From a virus, in the IMG/VR virus record IMGVR_UViG_3300047157_000229, positions 38,796 to 102,795 of that record: a stretch of DNA of 64,000 bases; one strand, 5' to 3'. Shown here piece by piece: positions 63,199-64,000 of this stretch (position 1 is its first letter; every line of letters begins with the position of its first letter). Both the position numbers and the translations under genes were made by a program. The notes beneath the pieces were generated by a model. It was given only the letters and a program-made list of their open reading frames with translations, made no database searches and had not been told where the DNA came from.

Positions 63199-64000
63199 TT
63201 CGCCGCCCTCTATAATACTTACTGCTCCTCCTAAATCTAATTTAGAAGCACCACTACCTCCCGTATTAGATATATAAAAGCTGTCATTCCCGCTTGCATT
63301 TTCTACTTGGATTCTTGCACTACCCTTTAATTTTAAAACATCAGAACTACTTCCCTCACCATCTATGGTTAAAGAATTAGTCATAGTTATACTATTAGTG
63401 GTAGTATTACCATTATCTGTTACTTCTTGTAAAGTATCTGCGCTACCAACTTGAGCATCTACATACGCTTTGTTAGCTGCATCTGTAGAAGCTGAAACTG
63501 TATCCACCCCTGTGATTCTACCTGTGCCTATCAGGTTAATTGTATTTGTTTGGAAAACTCCATCAGCGGTAGGGATACCATGTGCTACCAAAACTACCCC
63601 AATTTAAATGCCCACTAGAGTTCATCCACAGTGAATTAGAAACCCTACACTGACCAATGAAAGTTTAAGTTAGGAGAGTATTTATCGGCTGATTGAGCAG
63701 AGCCAACATTGCCTCTCTCTAAAATACTTATAGCAGAATTTTCCCAGTCGTTGTTATTTGTTAGAGTTGTTTCGAACTCTGACATACCAGCTTGAACAGA
63801 AAATTTAGTTGGAACAGAACTACTTCTTGGGGCTATTGCGCCAACTATGACAGTCCCCGCTGAATCGATGGTAAGTCTTGTATATTACTAGCGTCCCTAA
63901 TAAATAAATCGTTACCCCATAAACACCCATCTTCCACTTAACCGTGGTCGGGCTACCAATAGCTATAGCATCCGAATGAGTGGAGGCTTTAATTGTGCCA
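61642..64000 (-). CDS. Large modular tail fibre protein 2 (5'-truncated by the window end; several indels)
   Basis: ORFs 61642..62730 and 62866..63591 plus flanks; G[NKE]VGIG repeats, TLQEVTDNGNTT. Confidence 0.7.

Noticed and set aside
1-64000. tRNA, rRNA or IS elements
   Set aside because: No cloverleaf/T-loop signatures, rRNA-like tracts or transposases were recognised by eye. A tRNAscan-SE/Infernal run would be needed to exclude them formally.

Overview
The window is a 64-kb piece of a large, AT-rich tailed dsDNA bacteriophage genome. It is probably siphovirus-like, since tail tube and tape measure genes are present and no sheath gene is seen. In order it holds: the 3' end of the major capsid gene; neck and tail genes on both strands; a 2333-aa tape measure protein (TMP); three tail-tube paralogues; Hsp20, SSB, a sigma factor and class I RNR (nrdB-nrdA); an ~11-kb glycosyltransferase/GDP-sugar cluster; a replication module (RecA, DnaB, DnaG, PD-(D/E)xK exonuclease, DnaE split into PHP, 3'-5' exo and polymerase genes); a ClpC-like ATPase; further GTs; a Rad52-like annealase; and two very large mosaic tail-fibre genes. 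Many genes at 34.7-40.6 kb, and some elsewhere, are broken by single-base indels that look like long-read errors. The best candidates for new biology are: (1) a PD-(D/E)xK nuclease-like cargo domain inside the TMP, bracketed by repeated GGxxPN[FY] motifs, which may be a co-ejected effector; (2) tail-fibre genes built from unrelated modules joined by a 13-nt junction that is identical in 13 copies, suggesting recombinational module shuffling; (3) a recurring RGTGTAA motif just upstream of many genes, a candidate phage-sigma promoter; (4) an iteron-like candidate origin between the sigma gene and nrdB. All product calls come from recognising motifs by eye; no database searches were run.
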